This document shows, piece by piece, positions 61,293-64,000 of a stretch of DNA of 64,000 nt. Each line of letters begins with the position of its first letter. Position 1 is the first letter of the stretch. Location of the stretch: contig DF237349.1 in assembly GCA_000708835.1 (NCBI GenBank), forward strand, positions 21,216 to 85,215, in the 5' to 3' direction. Source of the DNA: Klebsormidium nitens. Its lineage: Eukaryota > Plantae > Klebsormidiophyceae. The position numbers and the translations under genes are program-made. The notes beneath the pieces are model-generated. The model was given only the letters and a program-made list of their open reading frames with translations. It was not told the DNA's origin and searched no databases.

Positions 61293-62760
61293 GTACCAGA
61301 CGTACTGGAGGGGTATTGTACTGGTGAAGCGAGGAAGCCATTATAATTTTGACCTTTAGCTTTCGATTGGAAGAATGTAGGTACCGGTGCTGGATACTCC
61401 AGCTTCCCTCTTAGAAGGCATACACTGAGGATCGTCTAGTCTTATCATCTTCAAACTTCACTGGCAGGCTACAGTACCCTTAATTAGTATCCGGTGGACA
61501 TGCGTGCAAACGGTTTGCATGTACGCGTGTGCAATTGCATCAATCTCGAGGAATGCACCTTGGAATATAATATAATATTAGCTCATGGAAGGCGTGTACA
61601 CAGTACTTGGAACGTACTATACTATATTGAGCTTCGATGCGGTTTATCTAGGTTATAGCTATCAGAGATGGATGCCAGGCTTGCAATCCGCGATCCCTGA
61701 TACGAACCTTCCGCTCCTTTCCAGGCTGCAGAATTTTGCAGCCGCTTCGACTGAGATCTATTTAGAATTCCACCTCGATATAAACACCGCTGCAGATTAA
61801 GCCACTCGCATATGACCGTCAATCGAGTTGACTAAGTGGAGCAGCTGCGGTGATCCTCGTGAAGTTCGAAGCAGGGCAAACTCCAGAAAGCTTCATAATA
61901 GGAATCATCATCATTGTGAGGGCATGACGAGTCTCTTCTAGCTTACCCCCTACCTATTGCGTACGATTGTGCTTGCATCGTATAAAGGTAGGGCTTGATG
62001 GAATTGCCGAGTTGTACCTGGGATTTTGAGGCATTGATTTCGAGTTGATCAACTTAATGTCTTCAAAAGTAAAGATTTGCATCGAGGTCCCGTTACTGCT
62101 TCGAACCGACTCATATGCTGTTAAGGCTATAACGCATGATTGTAAGCAGCGCTTTGATTTGAGGCGCATATCCTTACTATCCTCGTTTCTTTCAACAATA
62201 TGTCCTCGTGCAACCTAGGAACCGTCAATTCCAGCTCCGGATGTTGCTGGTCTTGCATTGTATGTACAGGCTGTCAAGACTTGAAGTACGTAAGCAGTAT
62301 TCTGCGGTCACTTCCAGAGGGCGGCAAAGGCAATTTTCAGCCCGGCGTTTGCGTCACGAAACTCCCCGAGGTGTGGATACGATACATTCGTGTATCAGAG
62401 CCGTACACATCGTGGTCGTGTACAGCTTGTGTACCACTTGGGCATGGCTAGTCTGACATGTGTACGAGAAGGTCCTGCTGTACACGACGTGGATCGAGGC
62501 CGTATGGTACACCCTGTGTAGCTTTGTGTAGCAAACCTGTACCCCTTTGACACAAGCATTGCACGGCATTCAGTACCGATAGCTGAGGAGCACCCGACAT
62601 GTACACGATCACCTGCAGGACCTGCACTCGGCTTAGATGCTTTGCCGCCCGGGGCTGGGGGCTGCGGATTGTCGCGGCCGGCGGTCTATTTGCGCCGCGG
62701 CCGCCCCGCGGTCCGGCCAGCTAGGATACCGGTACGGTACAGGGTACCTACGGTAGGTAC
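61293..62760. promoter_or_regulatory. Dense GTAC clusters (candidate SBP/CRR1-type copper-response elements) upstream of SINAT
   Basis: 26 GTAC counted in ~1.47 kb: 9 in 61293-61617 and 15 in 62264-62760. About 6 are expected at 1/256 per position. Confidence 0.5.
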
Positions 62761-63003
62761 CCGGGTAGCCTTCTGCATATTGTGAAGGGGTGCCAGGCTG
62801 AGCCAGCGCCGTCACGGTCCGGACCGGAAAAGTGTTGTAACTGCCGACGGTGTCTGTCAATCTGACCACGTGCTCATCCAACGGCCCCTCTTGCTAAGAC
62901 AGAATATCGACGGTCCGCTGGCTCAACGGTTCACCTTTCAAAAGCGTCATCATGAAGTTCATGTAGGTAGACTGAAGCATTCTCTGAACCGTAGAACGGA
63001 AGC

Positions 63004-63058
63004 CTTGAACTTCAGCCGGGCTGAAGTGCTTGAACTTCAGCCGGGCTGAAGTTCAAGC
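63004..63058. repeat. Perfect 15-bp-arm inverted repeat (1-nt centre) preceded by a partial tandem copy
   Basis: gcttgaacttcagcc-g-ggctgaagttcaagc at 63028-63058; cttgaacttcagccgggctgaagt at 63004-63027. Confidence 0.92.
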
Positions 63059-63133
63059 AGTCCGCCTGAACAAACTGATGTACAGCACTTGGTAAGATGG
63101 TAGGATGGCGCCTTGATAGCAATTCAATTGATA

Positions 63134-63170
63134 GCTATTCCGCTGTTTGGAGTCCAAACAGCGGAATAGC
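63134..63170. repeat. Perfect 18-bp-arm inverted repeat (1-nt centre)
   Basis: gctattccgctgtttgga-g-tccaaacagcggaatagc. Confidence 0.95.
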
Positions 63171-64000
63171 ACCGTAGTGGAGTTTTTGGGGTCTGGAAGC
63201 CAGGAAGCGGCTCAGTGGTTGGATGCAGTGGCAGACTCGGACATTGGAGGCGGTGACCAAATGAGCATAAGTTTTAGGTCCCGACGAGTGGTGAGCATCG
63301 ATGTCAGCCTCAACCTTAAACGAATCTCAAAGTGTCTGCTTTCTGGCTTTCTCAAGCAGCTGGATTTTTTTCCATGAACTCGTTCTGTAAGTTCTGCTCC
63401 ATGAGATGTGACCGTTGTGGCCAGTGGCACTGGTGATGCTCAGTATTGTATGCCAGTCTTTGTGTTATTGGTTTTTGCCCAAGACAGCACATGTGACGGT
63501 TGGACAGAGTCACACGCTGCCTGTCTACTTCACATGTGCGGAAACCATGCAAAGCTTCTCAGCACGCCTTGGGATCACCTCAGCAAGAGCGCCTCTCAGA
63601 AAAATTGCGTCTTCTCGCCTTCTTCCCAAAGACTGATTAGTTAGGAGACGAAGAGGCTCCATATTCAGTCGAAGAGTCTCGAGACTCGCACCTCGCAAGG
63701 CACTTGCTTCTTTACGCTTGATGAAATCACAAGAGCCATGTCGAGAAGACGTCTCAACGTCTCTGCCCTCGATATGGGTTGATAACGTCTCATCCACGAT
63801 CAGAAAGCCATGTCAAGAGATAAGACAATTGAATCCACATATGTTGAGCACGTTGCGCTGTCGCGATGAGGATCACCACAAGTCGAGACAGATCAGCACG
63901 TCACGATACATGATGTGACTAGATATGCATCAATAGCATACGACTCTACATACAACGTGGATTATGCGGCTACTTATATAGCTCTCTCTTGTCCACTACC

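Noticed and set aside
62633-62990. 82-aa minus-strand ORF with a possible upstream mini-exon
   Set aside because: TTG start, no homology I recognise, and composition explained by the GTAC-rich GC tract; cannot be supported as a gene.

Overview
Eukaryotic nuclear DNA with GC-rich exons, GT-AG introns and a plant-like gene set. It is most likely a streptophyte green alga such as Klebsormidium (inference from gene content and intron style). I reconstructed nine spliced genes by hand: (1) last exon of uroporphyrinogen-III C-methyltransferase UPM1 (+); (2) a 3-exon membrane protein joining an eight-cysteine-motif (LTP/prolamin-like) domain to a TLC-like multi-pass domain (-); (3) an MRS2/CorA Mg2+ transporter (-); (4) LSM3 (+); (5) an orphan Tat-type thylakoid-lumen protein (-); (6) a plastid ferredoxin/metallo-beta-lactamase fusion (+); (7) a giant (>1900 aa) Ig-like-repeat, multi-TM protein with a repetitive Ser/Arg tail (-); (8) an IGHMBP2/SMUBP-2 SF1 helicase with an N-terminal R3H domain and an ABCF2-like N-terminal peptide (+); (9) a SINAT E3 ligase (-). 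The most striking feature is that introns of three unrelated genes contain tandem arrays of partial exon copies carrying the splice site (acceptor plus exon start, or exon end plus donor). Many copies differ from the real exon, and from each other, mainly at synonymous positions. The window also has a Harbinger/Tourist-like MITE with TIRs and an ATT target duplication, a second MITE-like relic, a dispersed ~150-bp repeat, a dense GTAC (CuRE/SBP-type) cluster, an excess of TGACGTCA palindromes, two perfect hairpins and a 224-N gap. No rRNA, complete tRNA or CRISPR array is supported. All exon coordinates and counts are manual and need RNA-seq or computational confirmation.
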